Shown in pieces: positions 19,382 through 30,008 of a stretch of 64,000 bases of DNA. The stretch spans positions 928,001 to 992,000 of the forward strand of contig CAWFGO010000001.1 in assembly GCA_963815455.1 (NCBI GenBank), written 5' to 3'. Each line of letters opens with the position of its first letter. The stretch's first letter is position 1. The translations under genes and the position numbers were made by a program. Source of the stretch: an uncultured Verrucomicrobiae bacterium (GTDB lineage: Bacteria; Verrucomicrobiota; Verrucomicrobiia; Chthoniobacterales; UBA10450). A model generated the notes under the pieces. It was not told the DNA's origin. It ran no database searches and saw nothing but the letters and a program-made list of their open reading frames with translations.

Positions 19382-20968
19382 ATGACGAAACGAGTCCTGA
19401 TATTGTCGATCTTATTTACCATTTGCGCGGGGAGTGTGGTTTGCGCCCAAACCATGCAACCACCGAAAATTTCGGCTCCGCCGCAGCCTGCGCATCACGA
19501 GACATATACCTGCCCGATGCATCCGGAAGTGGTGTCGGACAAACCGGGGAAATGTCCCAAATGCGGGATGACACTGGTGCTGATTGAAAAAGGCAAACGC
19601 CCACCCGTCCGCCGTAGCTTTGGCGAAGGAGGAACGCCCAAGGCCGAGCAGCATGCGACCCACGACGCGAATGGGATGGCGATGCCGCATTCGCCGGCCG
19701 AGCACGCGAGCGAAATGAAGATGTCGATGCAATCTTCGATCAACATTGCCGATCCGATGGGCCGCGAAAGTTCGGGCACGGCTTGGAATCCGGACTCCAC
19801 GCCGATGTACGGACACATGATGATGTTCGGTGACGACATGCTCATGTTGCACGGCGGAATTTTGCCGCGTTATACCAATGTGAGTTCGCGCCGCGGCGAC
19901 GACCGCATCGACGCGCCGAACTGGTTCATGGCGATGTATTCGCATCCGTTCAACGAGAACATGCAGCTTGGCGGACGTCTCATGATGAGCCTCGATCCGT
20001 TGACCGAACAGGGCCGAGGCTATCCGCTGCTTTTTCAAAGCGGCGAGACCTGGCACGAACGGGCGCTCCACGATCGCCAGCATCCGCATGATTTGTTCGA
20101 CGAGCTTTCCCTTTCCTATTCGCAAAAGTTCGATCTCGATCTTAGCGCGTTCATTTATTTCGGCTATCCGGGCGAGCCGGCGCTCGGGCCGCCGACGTTC
20201 ATGCATCGACTCAGCGCGATGGATAATCCCGACGCCCCAATCGGACATCACTGGCAAGATTCGACGCATATCACCTTCGGCGTCGCCACCGCTGGGCTGC
20301 AATGGCGCAATCTGAAAATCGAGGGCAGCATTTTCACCGGACGCGAACCGGATGAGGATCGCTACGACTTCGATCGCCCGAAGTTCGATTCCTACAGCGG
20401 CCGGATTTCGTGGAATCCGACATCAAATCTCGCGCTCCAGGTCTCGCACGGTTACCTCCGAAGCCCGGAAGCAAGTGCCAGTCCGGCTCGGACCGAGCCG
20501 AACGTCAACCGGCATCGCACGACCGCGTCCGCCATCTGCAATCTCCCGCTCGGCCCCGATCGGAATTGGTCGAGCAGTTTCGTCTGGGGAAAGAACAACG
20601 ACGCAGGCGAGAAGACGCAATCGTTTTTGCTCGAATCAAATTATCAACGTGGCCGCGACACCGTTTACGGGCGCTGGGAACTCGTGGAAAAATCGGGACA
20701 CGAACTGGTACTTAAGCCGATCGACCAGGAAAAAGTATTTACGGTCAACGCGCTCACCGCCGGTTACGTGCACGATTTTTCGCACGGCGATAAGATCGAC
20801 ATCGGACTCGGCGGGCAATTCACGTTGAATGTTTGGCCGAGCGAACTTGATCGTTATTACGGCGATGGGGTCGGTTACGGATTCCAAGTTTTTCTTCGCC
20901 TTCGTCCTTCACGGCATGGTCATGATGCACATGAGCACGGCAAGCATGTTCCCGGATTCGAAAAATAA
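19382..20968 (+). CDS. Exported protein: heavy-metal-binding domain plus probable outer-membrane beta-barrel
   Basis: Signal peptide; YTCPMHPEV..PGKCPKCGM; Met/His-rich linker; DRQHPHD; amphipathic beta strands; His-rich tail. Confidence 0.8.
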   Translation: MTKRVLILSILFTICAGSVVCAQTMQPPKISAPPQPAHHETYTCPMHPEVVSDKPGKCPKCGMTLVLIEKGKRPPVRRSFGEGGTPKAEQHATHDANGMAMPHSPAEHASEMKMSMQSSINIADPMGRESSGTAWNPDSTPMYGHMMMFGDDMLMLHGGILPRYTNVSSRRGDDRIDAPNWFMAMYSHPFNENMQLGGRLMMSLDPLTEQGRGYPLLFQSGETWHERALHDRQHPHDLFDELSLSYSQKFDLDLSAFIYFGYPGEPALGPPTFMHRLSAMDNPDAPIGHHWQDSTHITFGVATAGLQWRNLKIEGSIFTGREPDEDRYDFDRPKFDSYSGRISWNPTSNLALQVSHGYLRSPEASASPARTEPNVNRHRTTASAICNLPLGPDRNWSSSFVWGKNNDAGEKTQSFLLESNYQRGRDTVYGRWELVEKSGHELVLKPIDQEKVFTVNALTAGYVHDFSHGDKIDIGLGGQFTLNVWPSELDRYYGDGVGYGFQVFLRLRPSRHGHDAHEHGKHVPGFEK

Positions 20969-20978
20969 ACAATCGCTC

Positions 20979-21068
20979 TGTCACTCCTGAGCGCAGCGGA
21001 GTGGAAGGATCCCGTGGAATCGCCTCAGGGTATCGCCACGGGATTCCTCGACTTTCGCTCGGAATGGC
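20979..21068. repeat. Intergenic palindromic element, TGTCATCCYGAGC family
   Basis: Ends nearly identical to the 7849-7940 copy (GGATCCCG..CGGGATTCCTCGACTTTCGCTCGGAATGGC). Confidence 0.85.
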
Positions 21069-21120
21069 GGGTCTAGCTTCTCTTGTCATCGCGCGCGAAA
21101 TGCGTGAAGCTGGACGCTCC

Positions 21121-22188
21121 ATGGCGCATCGCCTGCCGAAGCAGAATTACCAGGACATCGAACGAATCATTGAGTTCGATTTTGTGCGCGCGACGGAAGC
21201 AGCGGCGCTCAATTCGTTACGCTGGCTCGGCCGCGGCGATAAGGAATCGGCCGATGCCGCTGCCTGCGACGCCATGCGCGGGATGTTCGATCTCATGAAC
21301 ATTTGCGGCGAAGTTGTGATCGGGGAAGGAATCAAGGACGACGCGCCGGGCATTTTCAAAGGCGAACAACTCGGCACCTGGATTCCCGGTTCGCCGCCGT
21401 TCGATATCGCCATCGATCCGATTGACGGCACCACCAACATTTCCAAGGGATCGCCGAACTCGATCAGTTGCATCGCAGCCGCCAGCCCGGAGGAAGGTGT
21501 AAAGGTTGCGCTGCGCGACGTGCCTTCGTTTTACATGTCGAAGCTCGCTTACGGGCCGGACGTGATCCATTACACGCAAAAGCGAGGCGACTCGCTCAAC
21601 CTCGAGGCGCCCATTCCCGAAACGCTCGCCATCGTGGCGCGCGCGCTGGAGAAACGAGTTCAGGATGTCAACGTGATGATGCTCGACCGGCCGCGGCACA
21701 AGGAGATTGTCGAGGCAATTCGCCTCGCCGGCGCGTCGGTGCGGATGATCGGCGACGGCGATATCGCCGCGGCCATGGCGCCGTCGTTGCCCGAGAGCAA
21801 TATCGATCTCTACATGGGAATTGGCGGTTCGCCCGAAGCGGTGCTAGCCGCGGCGGGAATCAAATGCCTCGGCGGCGAGATGCAGTGCAAAATGTGGCCG
21901 CGCGACGACAAAGAACGGAAACAGCTGGTCGATGTGTGCGGGAAAAAAGAACTCGACCGCATCTTTTTTGCCGACGATCTGGCCAACGGCAAGAACATCG
22001 TTTTTTGCGCAACCGGAATCAGCGATAGCGCGTTATTGCGAGGGGTACGGGGCCAGGGAACAAGCGCCATTACGCATTCGATCCTGATGCGGGCCAAGAG
22101 CAAGACGGTCCGTTTCATTCGCGCCCGGCACGATCTGCAAACGAAAACGATCCGGCTCCGCTCGGACAAACGTGAGCACCTGATTTAG
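21121..22188 (+). CDS. glpX: Fructose-1,6-bisphosphatase class II
   Basis: RATEAAA, VVIGEG, DPIDGT, LDRPRH, GDGD and GIGGSPE motifs. Confidence 0.96.
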   Translation: MAHRLPKQNYQDIERIIEFDFVRATEAAALNSLRWLGRGDKESADAAACDAMRGMFDLMNICGEVVIGEGIKDDAPGIFKGEQLGTWIPGSPPFDIAIDPIDGTTNISKGSPNSISCIAAASPEEGVKVALRDVPSFYMSKLAYGPDVIHYTQKRGDSLNLEAPIPETLAIVARALEKRVQDVNVMMLDRPRHKEIVEAIRLAGASVRMIGDGDIAAAMAPSLPESNIDLYMGIGGSPEAVLAAAGIKCLGGEMQCKMWPRDDKERKQLVDVCGKKELDRIFFADDLANGKNIVFCATGISDSALLRGVRGQGTSAITHSILMRAKSKTVRFIRARHDLQTKTIRLRSDKREHLI

Positions 22189-22194
22189 CGTTGG

Positions 22195-22331
22195 CGTCAT
22201 CCCGAGTCGCGTAGACGACGAGGGATCTCTCATTCGGAGGCCACGGTCGCAAACAATTCTGAATCCTGAGCGCTGTCGAATCGCAGGGGTTACATTCCAT
22301 CGCGAGGTCCTTCGCTTCGCTCAGGATGACA
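22195..22331. repeat. Intergenic palindromic element, TGTCATCCYGAGC family, with long spacer
   Basis: CGTCATCCCGAG..GAGGGATCT ... TCCTTCGCTTCGCTCAGGATGACA. Confidence 0.85.
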
Positions 22332-22455
22332 GCAGCGTGATACACGTCCTAGGTCATCCCGCGTCACCCAGTCGACCGGATGCAGAGCGGATTGTTAAAG
22401 TGCTCGACAGCACGCGTTCGATCGGTTCAAGATCGACATCGAACCTTTCCCGCTT

Positions 22456-22854
22456 ATGAGACAAATACCGAAAACCGAACTGTCGCCGGACAACGGCTGC
22501 GTTATCGACATGAAATGGAAACTCGGCGCGCTCAGTTACCACGCCAGCGCCGCCGGCAAAGTGCAAGAGGAGCCGAGCAAAGAAGTCATTCGTCTGCCGG
22601 AGCTGGTGCTTTACGATCACATCGGTTTCAAAGGGACCTACGCCCGCACCAACCTGAGCTTCCATTACGTGGGCGATTATTGGAACGACCGGATCAGCTG
22701 TCTCATTGTCGTAAACGGCGTCTGGCGGTTTTATCGGGATGAATATTACAAAGGCCCATCGTGGGACCTCGGTCCCGGCTACTACGAAAGCTTTTTCACC
22801 GAGAAAGGCCCGGATGACGTTATTAGCTCGTTCCAAGCAGTCGCGCTGACCTAA
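22456..22854 (+). CDS. Beta/gamma-crystallin domain protein
   Basis: Two Greek-key motifs: LYDHIGFKG..NDRISC and FYRDEYYKG..DDVISS. Confidence 0.8.
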   Translation: MRQIPKTELSPDNGCVIDMKWKLGALSYHASAAGKVQEEPSKEVIRLPELVLYDHIGFKGTYARTNLSFHYVGDYWNDRISCLIVVNGVWRFYRDEYYKGPSWDLGPGYYESFFTEKGPDDVISSFQAVALT

Positions 22855-23798
22855 GATTTGCTCCGGCCGACAGCGAGATCGACAACGTTTCGCGCGCAGC
22901 CCCAGGAAAGGGTGAAACCGGAGCCGCCGTGCCCGTAATTGTGAATCACGGCGCGGCCGTCGCGCAGTTTTTCTCGCTCCAGTCGCACCCCTGATTTTCG
23001 GAACGGGCGGAGCCCAACGCGCTCGGCGAGAACGGGCGGATGATCGATATTCAAGACGCGACTGCATTCGGCGACGATTGCCGATGTCGCACGCGGATCG
23101 GCCGCGAGATTGTTGCTGATTTCGTTGGTCCCGCCGAAAACGCAATCGTCGCGACGCGGAATCGCATACATCAGGGGCGCGTCGTCGCATACAACTGCGC
23201 ACTCTAGATTGTCGATCCTGGGCACGATTGCGACTTGCCCGCGATGCGGTTCGAGATCGACATCGTGAACGAGCTCGCGGGCGCCGATTCCCGCACAGTT
23301 GATTGCCAGATCGAAGGCTGGATCGACATCTTCGAGCTGATCGAGGCGAACGTTGTTCTGCATTTCACCGCCGGCCGTGACGAAGCGGTTCTCGAGGTAA
23401 TTCAAATAGATCGTCGTATCCATGAGCGGCACAGTAAGGGCAAAACCGCTCTTAAATCCTGGCCGCTCCACGGCACAGCGAGCACCCAACGGGATTGCCC
23501 ATTCTGGAATTTGAATCTCGTCGGTGCGCGAAAATTGACGCAACTCGATCATCGACACACCGCTGCGCGGGTTCCGGCCAAGATCGACAAGGGCTTCATA
23601 AGTTTTGAGCGCCCACGGAATCACTTTGGCGGCCGGTTGGGCATCGTAGGGAAACCAAAGCGCTCCGGCCGCTGCGGACGTTGTTTGCTGACCGGTTTCT
23701 CTGGCAAAGATCGCTGTGCGATATCCGGCTTCGGCAAGAAGAAGACCGCAGGTCATTCCTGAAACACCGGCCCCCACCACGGCTATGGATTTTGGCAT
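22851..23798 (-). CDS. D-amino acid oxidase family FAD oxidoreductase
   Basis: GAGVSG, RGQ, VGLRP and HNYGHGGSG motifs. Confidence 0.93.
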   Translation of the reverse strand: MPKSIAVVGAGVSGMTCGLLLAEAGYRTAIFARETGQQTTSAAAGALWFPYDAQPAAKVIPWALKTYEALVDLGRNPRSGVSMIELRQFSRTDEIQIPEWAIPLGARCAVERPGFKSGFALTVPLMDTTIYLNYLENRFVTAGGEMQNNVRLDQLEDVDPAFDLAINCAGIGARELVHDVDLEPHRGQVAIVPRIDNLECAVVCDDAPLMYAIPRRDDCVFGGTNEISNNLAADPRATSAIVAECSRVLNIDHPPVLAERVGLRPFRKSGVRLEREKLRDGRAVIHNYGHGGSGFTLSWGCARNVVDLAVGRSKS

Positions 23799-23863
23799 GG
23801 ACAAACCGTAAGCCAGATTCAATGCGTGCGGAATGCCAACCGATCATTTAGGATGCGATCGAG

Positions 23864-24955
23864 ATGGTTGCTTTAAATCGAGATGCGCTCACTGAGAAAG
23901 TACTGGCGGGAGAAAGAATTTCCGCCCAGGACGCGCTTCAGCTTCACCGCTTCCCGCTCGAAGAATTGGGTTCCTTGGCCAATGCCCGGCGCGATTTGGC
24001 CAAAGCGAAATCATACGGCGGCCGCGGCCGAGAGATTGTGACTTATATCGTCGATCGCAACATCAATTACACGAACGTGTGCAATGTTTATTGCAAATTC
24101 TGCGCGTTCTACCGAACCGAGCGTGATGAAGATCACTACGTGCTTTCCTTCGAACAGTTGGACCAAAAATTGGACGAGCTTTCGGCTGCGGGCGGTGTCC
24201 AAATCCTGATGCAGGGCGGGCATCATCCGAAACTCGGATTCGACTGGTATATCGATCTTCTCCGGCACATCCGCGAAAAATACCCGCATATTAATATTCA
24301 CGGGTTCAGCCCGCCCGAGTTTCAACACTTTGCCGAGACGTTTCGAATGCCGCTGCGAGAAGTGATTTCGCAATTCAAAAATGCCGGGCTCGGCTCGATT
24401 CCCGGCGGCGGTGGGGAGATTCTGGTCGACCGGGTGCGCCAGAAGATTTCGCCATTGAAGATCGACAGCGATCGATGGCTTGAAGTGATGCAAGTTGCGC
24501 ACGAACTAGGGTTAAAATCGAGCGCGACAATGATGTTCGGCCATGTCGAAACCATCGAGGAGCGGATCGAGCATTTGCAGCGTATTCGCGATCAACAGGA
24601 CCGCAGCGGCGGGTTTACCGCATTCATTTGCTGGACGTTTCAGCCCCAGCACACCGTCCTGAAAGTGGATCATCCAACCGGGGTGGCCGAATATCTCCGG
24701 ACCCAGGCGCTGGCCCGCATTTTCCTGGACAACATCGACAACATCCAAAGCTCCTGGGTGACGCAAGGACCGGACATTGGCCAGATCGCATTGAAGTATG
24801 GAGCGAACGACTTTGGCTCGGTGATGATGGAGGAAAATGTCGTGAGCAGCGCCGGGACGACGTTCCGATTAGACGCCGCGAAAATCGAGCTGCTCGTTCG
24901 CGATGCGGGCTACGAACCTCGACGCCGGAACAACTGGTACGAGCTTTTGAACTAA
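23864..24955 (+). CDS. mqnC: Cyclic dehypoxanthine futalosine synthase (radical SAM)
   Basis: DRNINYTNVCNVYCKFCAF, PGGGGEIL and QSSWVTQG motifs. Confidence 0.92.
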   Translation: MVALNRDALTEKVLAGERISAQDALQLHRFPLEELGSLANARRDLAKAKSYGGRGREIVTYIVDRNINYTNVCNVYCKFCAFYRTERDEDHYVLSFEQLDQKLDELSAAGGVQILMQGGHHPKLGFDWYIDLLRHIREKYPHINIHGFSPPEFQHFAETFRMPLREVISQFKNAGLGSIPGGGGEILVDRVRQKISPLKIDSDRWLEVMQVAHELGLKSSATMMFGHVETIEERIEHLQRIRDQQDRSGGFTAFICWTFQPQHTVLKVDHPTGVAEYLRTQALARIFLDNIDNIQSSWVTQGPDIGQIALKYGANDFGSVMMEENVVSSAGTTFRLDAAKIELLVRDAGYEPRRRNNWYELLN

Positions 24956-25087
24956 AGCCGGGGGCATGTTGTCTATGGTCAAGCCTCCTGGGTGCATGGA
25001 AAATCCTGTCTTGACGATGACCCTCTTCTCCATCTAATACCGGCCTGTCCCGCGCCCGGTTTGCCGCGCGGGACTCGGCATTACTTT

Positions 25088-27538
25088 ATGGGACTCTTTC
25101 ACGGATCGATGGGACGGGCGGCCTGCTTATTCTTGCTGACCGCCGTGTGCGGACTTGTTGGCACGGCCCCGGTCTGTGGGCAACAGGGAGAGCCCCCGAC
25201 GCCTCCGACGGTCAAGTCGATCGAGGTCGAATACACCGGCCCGGCAACGATCAGCAAGGATCGAATTATCGCGCAGATGCGCACGACAGTTGGCGAGCCG
25301 TATTCCGATCAAGTGGTCGAGCAGGACATCAGAAACCTCTACAAGACGGGCCAGATATTGAATGTGCGCATCTTTGCCAAGCCGCAGGACGAAGGCGTGA
25401 AAGTGATCGTCGCGGTGCAGACCCGCTCCATATTGCGCGAGATTGTGATCGACGGTTCGAAGAAGGTGGGGGCCAAGAGAATTCGCAAGGAAATCGGGTT
25501 AAAGATCAATCAGCCGGTCAATGAAGAAGAGCTGGAAAAGTCGCGCCAGAAAATCATCGACGTTTATCGCGGACGCGGTTTCAACGATGTGGACGTCGAG
25601 TTTCACGTCGATCCGATCGATCAGAAGCGCGGCACGGCGCGAGTTGTTTACACCGTTAATGAAGGCCTAAAGGGCGCGATTCGCCGGATCCGGTTCGAAG
25701 GAAACGAGCATTTCAGCGAACGGGTTTTGCGCAAGCAAATGAAAACTCGGGGCAAGACCCTCATCTCATTTCTCGATAAATCCGGCCGGCTCGACGAAAT
25801 CCAGTTGCAACAGGACTTGGATAGTGTTCGCGAGTGGTATCAGAACCACGGCTACATCGACGTGGAAGTAAAAGATGTTCGCAAGGAACGCGAAAAGGGC
25901 CCGATCACCATCGTCATCGCCATCAAGGAAGGCACATTGTATCACGTCGGCAAGATTGCCATCTCGGGTGAGAAGGTGACCTCGGAACAGAAAATCCGGG
26001 CATTGCTCAAGATGAAAGAAGGGAGTGTTTACTCTCCCAAGACGCTACGCGACGATGCCAAGGCCGTGGCGGACGCCTACGGGAGCGGCGGCTATGTCGA
26101 TCTTGTGGTCGTGCCGCAAGGCGCCCCTGCCGGTCCGGGGAAGATCGACGTCCATTACAAGATCGAGGAAGGCGATCGCTCGTTTGTCCAGCGTATCAAT
26201 ATTGTCGGCAACACGCGCACCAAAGACAAAGTGCTTCGGCGGGAGGTCCTGGTCACACCCGGGGACGTGTTTAACACCGTGCGGGTGGATAGGAGCAAAA
26301 AGCGCCTCGATAATCTGGGCTATTTTTCGAAGGTTGAAACCTATCCCGAGGACACCGGCATCGCCGGGCGCAAAGATCTCAACGTCCTGGTGGAAGAAAA
26401 ACGGACGGGATCGCTGAGTTTTGGCGGCGGTTTTAGCACAATCGATCAATTGGTCGCCTTTGCCGAGCTGACCCAGGGCAATTTTGATATCGCGAACTGG
26501 CCCGGCTTCACCGGCGCGGGGCAGAAATTCCGGATGCGTGTTCAGCTGGGCACGCAGCGCAAAGATTTCACCATTGGGCTGACGGAACCGTGGTTCCTCG
26601 ACCGCCGCCTATCTTTGGGGGGCCAGGCGTTCTACACCGAGGCCAATTATTTGAGTTCGTTGTATGACCAACGTAATTTCGGTTTCTCCATTGAGACGCG
26701 AAAGCCGATCAGCGCATTTGTTTATGCGACATTGGGCTACCGGCTGGAAGACATCGATATTTTTGACGTAGCCGCGAGTTCCTCGATCGAGATTCAGGCC
26801 CAGGAAGGCTCTCGAGTAAAAAGCCAAATCTACAGCAGCATCGTTTTTGATCGCCGGGACAATCCGATCCTCACTCGTCGAGGAGAGCGGGTGTCGTTTT
26901 CACCTTACTTCTCCGGTGGCCCGCTCGGCGGCGACACCCAGATCTACGGCTGGGACCTGGAGGCATCGCAATATTATCATCTTCCCTGGGATTTGATTCT
27001 TCTGATTAACGGCGAAATGGCCACGGTCGATTACTGGGGGAACGGGCGAGACCCATACCCGATTCCAGGTAGCGGAACTCCCCGCGCGACAACCTCGGCC
27101 GTTCCGATTTTCGATCGGCTCTTTCTCGGCGGCTCGAATAACCTTCGCGGATTCGACTTTCGTGAGGTTGGGCCAAAAGACAACCGCGGGGAACCGCTCG
27201 GAGGCAAATCGCTGATCCGCAGCACCGTGGAACTTACCTTCCCAATCGTGGAAAAGGCGCGCGGCGCCTTTTTTTACGATGCCGGTTACGTCAATCCTGA
27301 TGCGTACGATTTCAGCCAACACGTCGTCGTCATCAAACATCCTGGGGGGCCAAGGGATAATGGCAGCCACCGGCCGTCCAAGTTTGACATCTACGATAAT
27401 CTCGCTACCGACATTGGGTTCGGGCTCCGGCTTGATTTGCCAATTGGCCCGCTCCGCCTTGACTATGGCTTTCCAATCGACCGTTCTGGAAATCCGGGCC
27501 ACGGCAAATTCAACTTCAACGTCGGCTACCAATTTTGA
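25088..27538 (+). CDS. bamA: Outer membrane protein assembly factor BamA (start approximate)
   Basis: POTRA repeats (GNTRTKDKVLRRE), LRGF motif, terminal F; adjacent to skp. Confidence 0.95.
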   Translation: MGLFHGSMGRAACLFLLTAVCGLVGTAPVCGQQGEPPTPPTVKSIEVEYTGPATISKDRIIAQMRTTVGEPYSDQVVEQDIRNLYKTGQILNVRIFAKPQDEGVKVIVAVQTRSILREIVIDGSKKVGAKRIRKEIGLKINQPVNEEELEKSRQKIIDVYRGRGFNDVDVEFHVDPIDQKRGTARVVYTVNEGLKGAIRRIRFEGNEHFSERVLRKQMKTRGKTLISFLDKSGRLDEIQLQQDLDSVREWYQNHGYIDVEVKDVRKEREKGPITIVIAIKEGTLYHVGKIAISGEKVTSEQKIRALLKMKEGSVYSPKTLRDDAKAVADAYGSGGYVDLVVVPQGAPAGPGKIDVHYKIEEGDRSFVQRINIVGNTRTKDKVLRREVLVTPGDVFNTVRVDRSKKRLDNLGYFSKVETYPEDTGIAGRKDLNVLVEEKRTGSLSFGGGFSTIDQLVAFAELTQGNFDIANWPGFTGAGQKFRMRVQLGTQRKDFTIGLTEPWFLDRRLSLGGQAFYTEANYLSSLYDQRNFGFSIETRKPISAFVYATLGYRLEDIDIFDVAASSSIEIQAQEGSRVKSQIYSSIVFDRRDNPILTRRGERVSFSPYFSGGPLGGDTQIYGWDLEASQYYHLPWDLILLINGEMATVDYWGNGRDPYPIPGSGTPRATTSAVPIFDRLFLGGSNNLRGFDFREVGPKDNRGEPLGGKSLIRSTVELTFPIVEKARGAFFYDAGYVNPDAYDFSQHVVVIKHPGGPRDNGSHRPSKFDIYDNLATDIGFGLRLDLPIGPLRLDYGFPIDRSGNPGHGKFNFNVGYQF

Positions 27539-27593
27539 ACGAATCTAATCGGTTGCAGTCTAAACGGTTTCCATCGAATCTAGTCTCAGTCAT

Positions 27594-28187
27594 ATGAAAA
27601 AACTCCTTTCCATCACTCTGGCGTCCGCCCTTCTTTTCCCGGCTGCGGCCTTTGCCCAAGCACTCAAAGTCGGCACCGTCGATATGCAACGCGCGTTCAA
27701 GGAATACGGCAAAACCAAGGACGCGGAAGCCAAGATCAATGAAGCGAAAAACTCGGCCAAAAAAGAGTACGACGATCGCGCCGAGGGCTACAAGAAGGCC
27801 CTCGATGACATCAACAACCTGAACAAGCAGCTCGAGTCCTCCGCGACCAGCGCGGACAAGAAGACCTCCCTGGCCAAGGAACGCGACGACAAGATCACGA
27901 ACATCAAGAACATGGAGAGGGAGATCAACGAGTTCCGTCAAACCCGGGAGCGGCAACTGCAGGAACAAGCCTTGCGGATGCGCGAAGGGATCGTCAAAGA
28001 AATCTCGGACATCGTGATGGAGAAGGTAAAGGCCAACCACATGGACCTCGTGTTCGACAAATCCGGCATGAGCCTCAACGGTGTTCCGGTCTTGATGTAC
28101 GCACCAGAAAACACCGACTTTACTGCTGAGGTCATCGCCTCTCTCAACAAGGGAGGAAGACCAGCCGCCAGCCCAGCGAAACCTTAA
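27594..28187 (+). CDS. skp: Periplasmic chaperone Skp/OmpH
   Basis: Signal peptide, KVGTVDM, long coiled coil, DLVFDK..DFT. Confidence 0.92.
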   Translation: MKKLLSITLASALLFPAAAFAQALKVGTVDMQRAFKEYGKTKDAEAKINEAKNSAKKEYDDRAEGYKKALDDINNLNKQLESSATSADKKTSLAKERDDKITNIKNMEREINEFRQTRERQLQEQALRMREGIVKEISDIVMEKVKANHMDLVFDKSGMSLNGVPVLMYAPENTDFTAEVIASLNKGGRPAASPAKP

Positions 28188-28248
28188 TTTTAACTCGGAC
28201 AATTTCGAAACACACGCGGGCAACACTCGCGTGTGTTTTGCCGTACAG

Positions 28249-29160
28249 ATGAAACGCCGGATCGAGGAACAACCGTTTCTGTGCCGGACCAGAAGGGCAC
28301 CCTGCCTCCCGGCCCCCGCCAGGCGCAGCGCTCGCTCTCGAAAGGATCGACATCCTCTTCCACTCTGGTTGGGAGCAGCCATCCTGCTCCATCTCGCCTC
28401 GGTCTCAACTTGGGCCGCGCCCACCTGGCAATCGACCGTTACCAACGAGCCGCCCGGCAATTTCCCGGCACTCCAACCGCTCCGGGCTACCTATCGCTTC
28501 GGGTGGTCTGGATTTACCGCAGCGACGGGCGAGCTCCACTTCACCGGATCATCCGGTAATCGGTTTCAACTCGAGGGAACCGCTCGAACAATCGGCCTTG
28601 TTCGCGCTCTGTGGAAGCTGGATGCCAACCAACATGCGCTCGCTGATGCGGACACGCTACGTCCGATTGAAATGAAGCAGATCGAAACCTACCGGCGAAA
28701 AAAGTTGGTTACGCAGCTCACTTTTACCCGTCAGGGCGTCACGCGCGCCCGGACTGAAGGCCCGGACCCAGGAACGACAAAGACCAAACAATTCAGTTTT
28801 CCAAACTTGTTCGATTTACACTCGGCCGTCCTTTATCTGCGGAGCCAGCCGCTAAATAACGGTAGCGTGTATCGCCTGGCTGTTTATCCGGCCAGCACCC
28901 CTTATCTGGCCACCCTTACAGTGTTGGGACGCGAAAAAATTTCAGTGCACGCCGGAAATTACGACGCCATTAAATTCGATCTGAAACTCCAAAAGATTGC
29001 CAAGAACCTGGAGCTCGAGCCGCATCGGAAATTTCGCCGCGCTACCCTGTGGGTCTCAGATGATACCCACCGCCTCCTGTTGCGAGTCGAAGCCCAAATT
29101 TTTGTTGGAACCGTTTTCGCGGAGCTGCAATCGGTGGAGTTCGACAAGCCTAAGTCGTAA
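28249..29160 (+). CDS. DUF3108-like exported protein (start uncertain)
   Basis: YRFGWSG, REKISVHAGNYDA and LWVSDD..LLLRVE motifs. Confidence 0.75.
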   Translation: MKRRIEEQPFLCRTRRAPCLPAPARRSARSRKDRHPLPLWLGAAILLHLASVSTWAAPTWQSTVTNEPPGNFPALQPLRATYRFGWSGFTAATGELHFTGSSGNRFQLEGTARTIGLVRALWKLDANQHALADADTLRPIEMKQIETYRRKKLVTQLTFTRQGVTRARTEGPDPGTTKTKQFSFPNLFDLHSAVLYLRSQPLNNGSVYRLAVYPASTPYLATLTVLGREKISVHAGNYDAIKFDLKLQKIAKNLELEPHRKFRRATLWVSDDTHRLLLRVEAQIFVGTVFAELQSVEFDKPKS

Positions 29161-29174
29161 ACAGGATCGACAAT

Positions 29175-29966
29175 TTACTCCCGAATCCACTCGCCGCGCA
29201 CAGGCGGTTCGGGACGGGGCCGCACAATGGATCGGCGCGGGCCGAAGACCGGCATTCGGGCGCCGGGCAGCAGATCCAGCGCGGCAAGCGTTCCCAGGTC
29301 CAGCCGGCCGGTGACTGGAAGCCCGACCCGCGACTGGTAGGCCCGGAGCGAGAATTCCATGCTCGGGCCGTAAACGCCATCGATCTCGCCGCGGTACAAA
29401 TCGCGCCGTTCGAGTATTCTTTGCGCCGACGCGACCACGTCATGCTGCACTCCGGGCGGCGCTGTCGCGTAAGGCGTGCCGGCAAAAAGCCCGCCGGCCG
29501 GCGGAACAACGGTTACCGGACTCGAAGGAAAAACTTGTGGAGCCGTCGGTGCATTTGAAAAGGGTTCGGTCTGCCTGCGGCCACCGCCGTTATCTGATGG
29601 CTCCCTCGCGAAAGGTTGAAGCTGCGTTTCGGGCTCGGGCTCGGTTTCCCGGGAAGATTGTTCGGTGGGCTCCGAGGCGCTTGGGCGGGGAGAGGGCGAA
29701 TATTTGACGACCGGTTGGGTCGGTTCGGAAGCATTGGCCCCTAACGAGCGCATAGTTTCAGCGTCGAGATCACCAGTAACCTGCAAACCGTTCCGGATTT
29801 GAAAACGGCGAATCGCCGCCGTGGTGTCCGCATTTTTGCTGCCGGTAATCTCGCCATAGTAAAATCCCTGGTCCTTCAGAGCCAGTTGCGCCCCGGCAAT
29901 CGTGTCGTCTGCCCGAGTCAGCGCCACCGAGCCGAGAAAAATCACGAGAACAATCCTAAGATTCAT
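29175..29966 (-). CDS. Exported protein with two peptidoglycan-binding domains
   Basis: AIRRFQIRNGLQVTG and IDGVYG..YQSRVGLPVTG. Confidence 0.9.
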   Translation of the reverse strand: MNLRIVLVIFLGSVALTRADDTIAGAQLALKDQGFYYGEITGSKNADTTAAIRRFQIRNGLQVTGDLDAETMRSLGANASEPTQPVVKYSPSPRPSASEPTEQSSRETEPEPETQLQPFAREPSDNGGGRRQTEPFSNAPTAPQVFPSSPVTVVPPAGGLFAGTPYATAPPGVQHDVVASAQRILERRDLYRGEIDGVYGPSMEFSLRAYQSRVGLPVTGRLDLGTLAALDLLPGARMPVFGPRRSIVRPRPEPPVRGEWIRE

Positions 29967-30008
29967 GTCGATAGATGTTCCCTTTTGACGGAGTCTTTTC
30001 TTGCTTAT

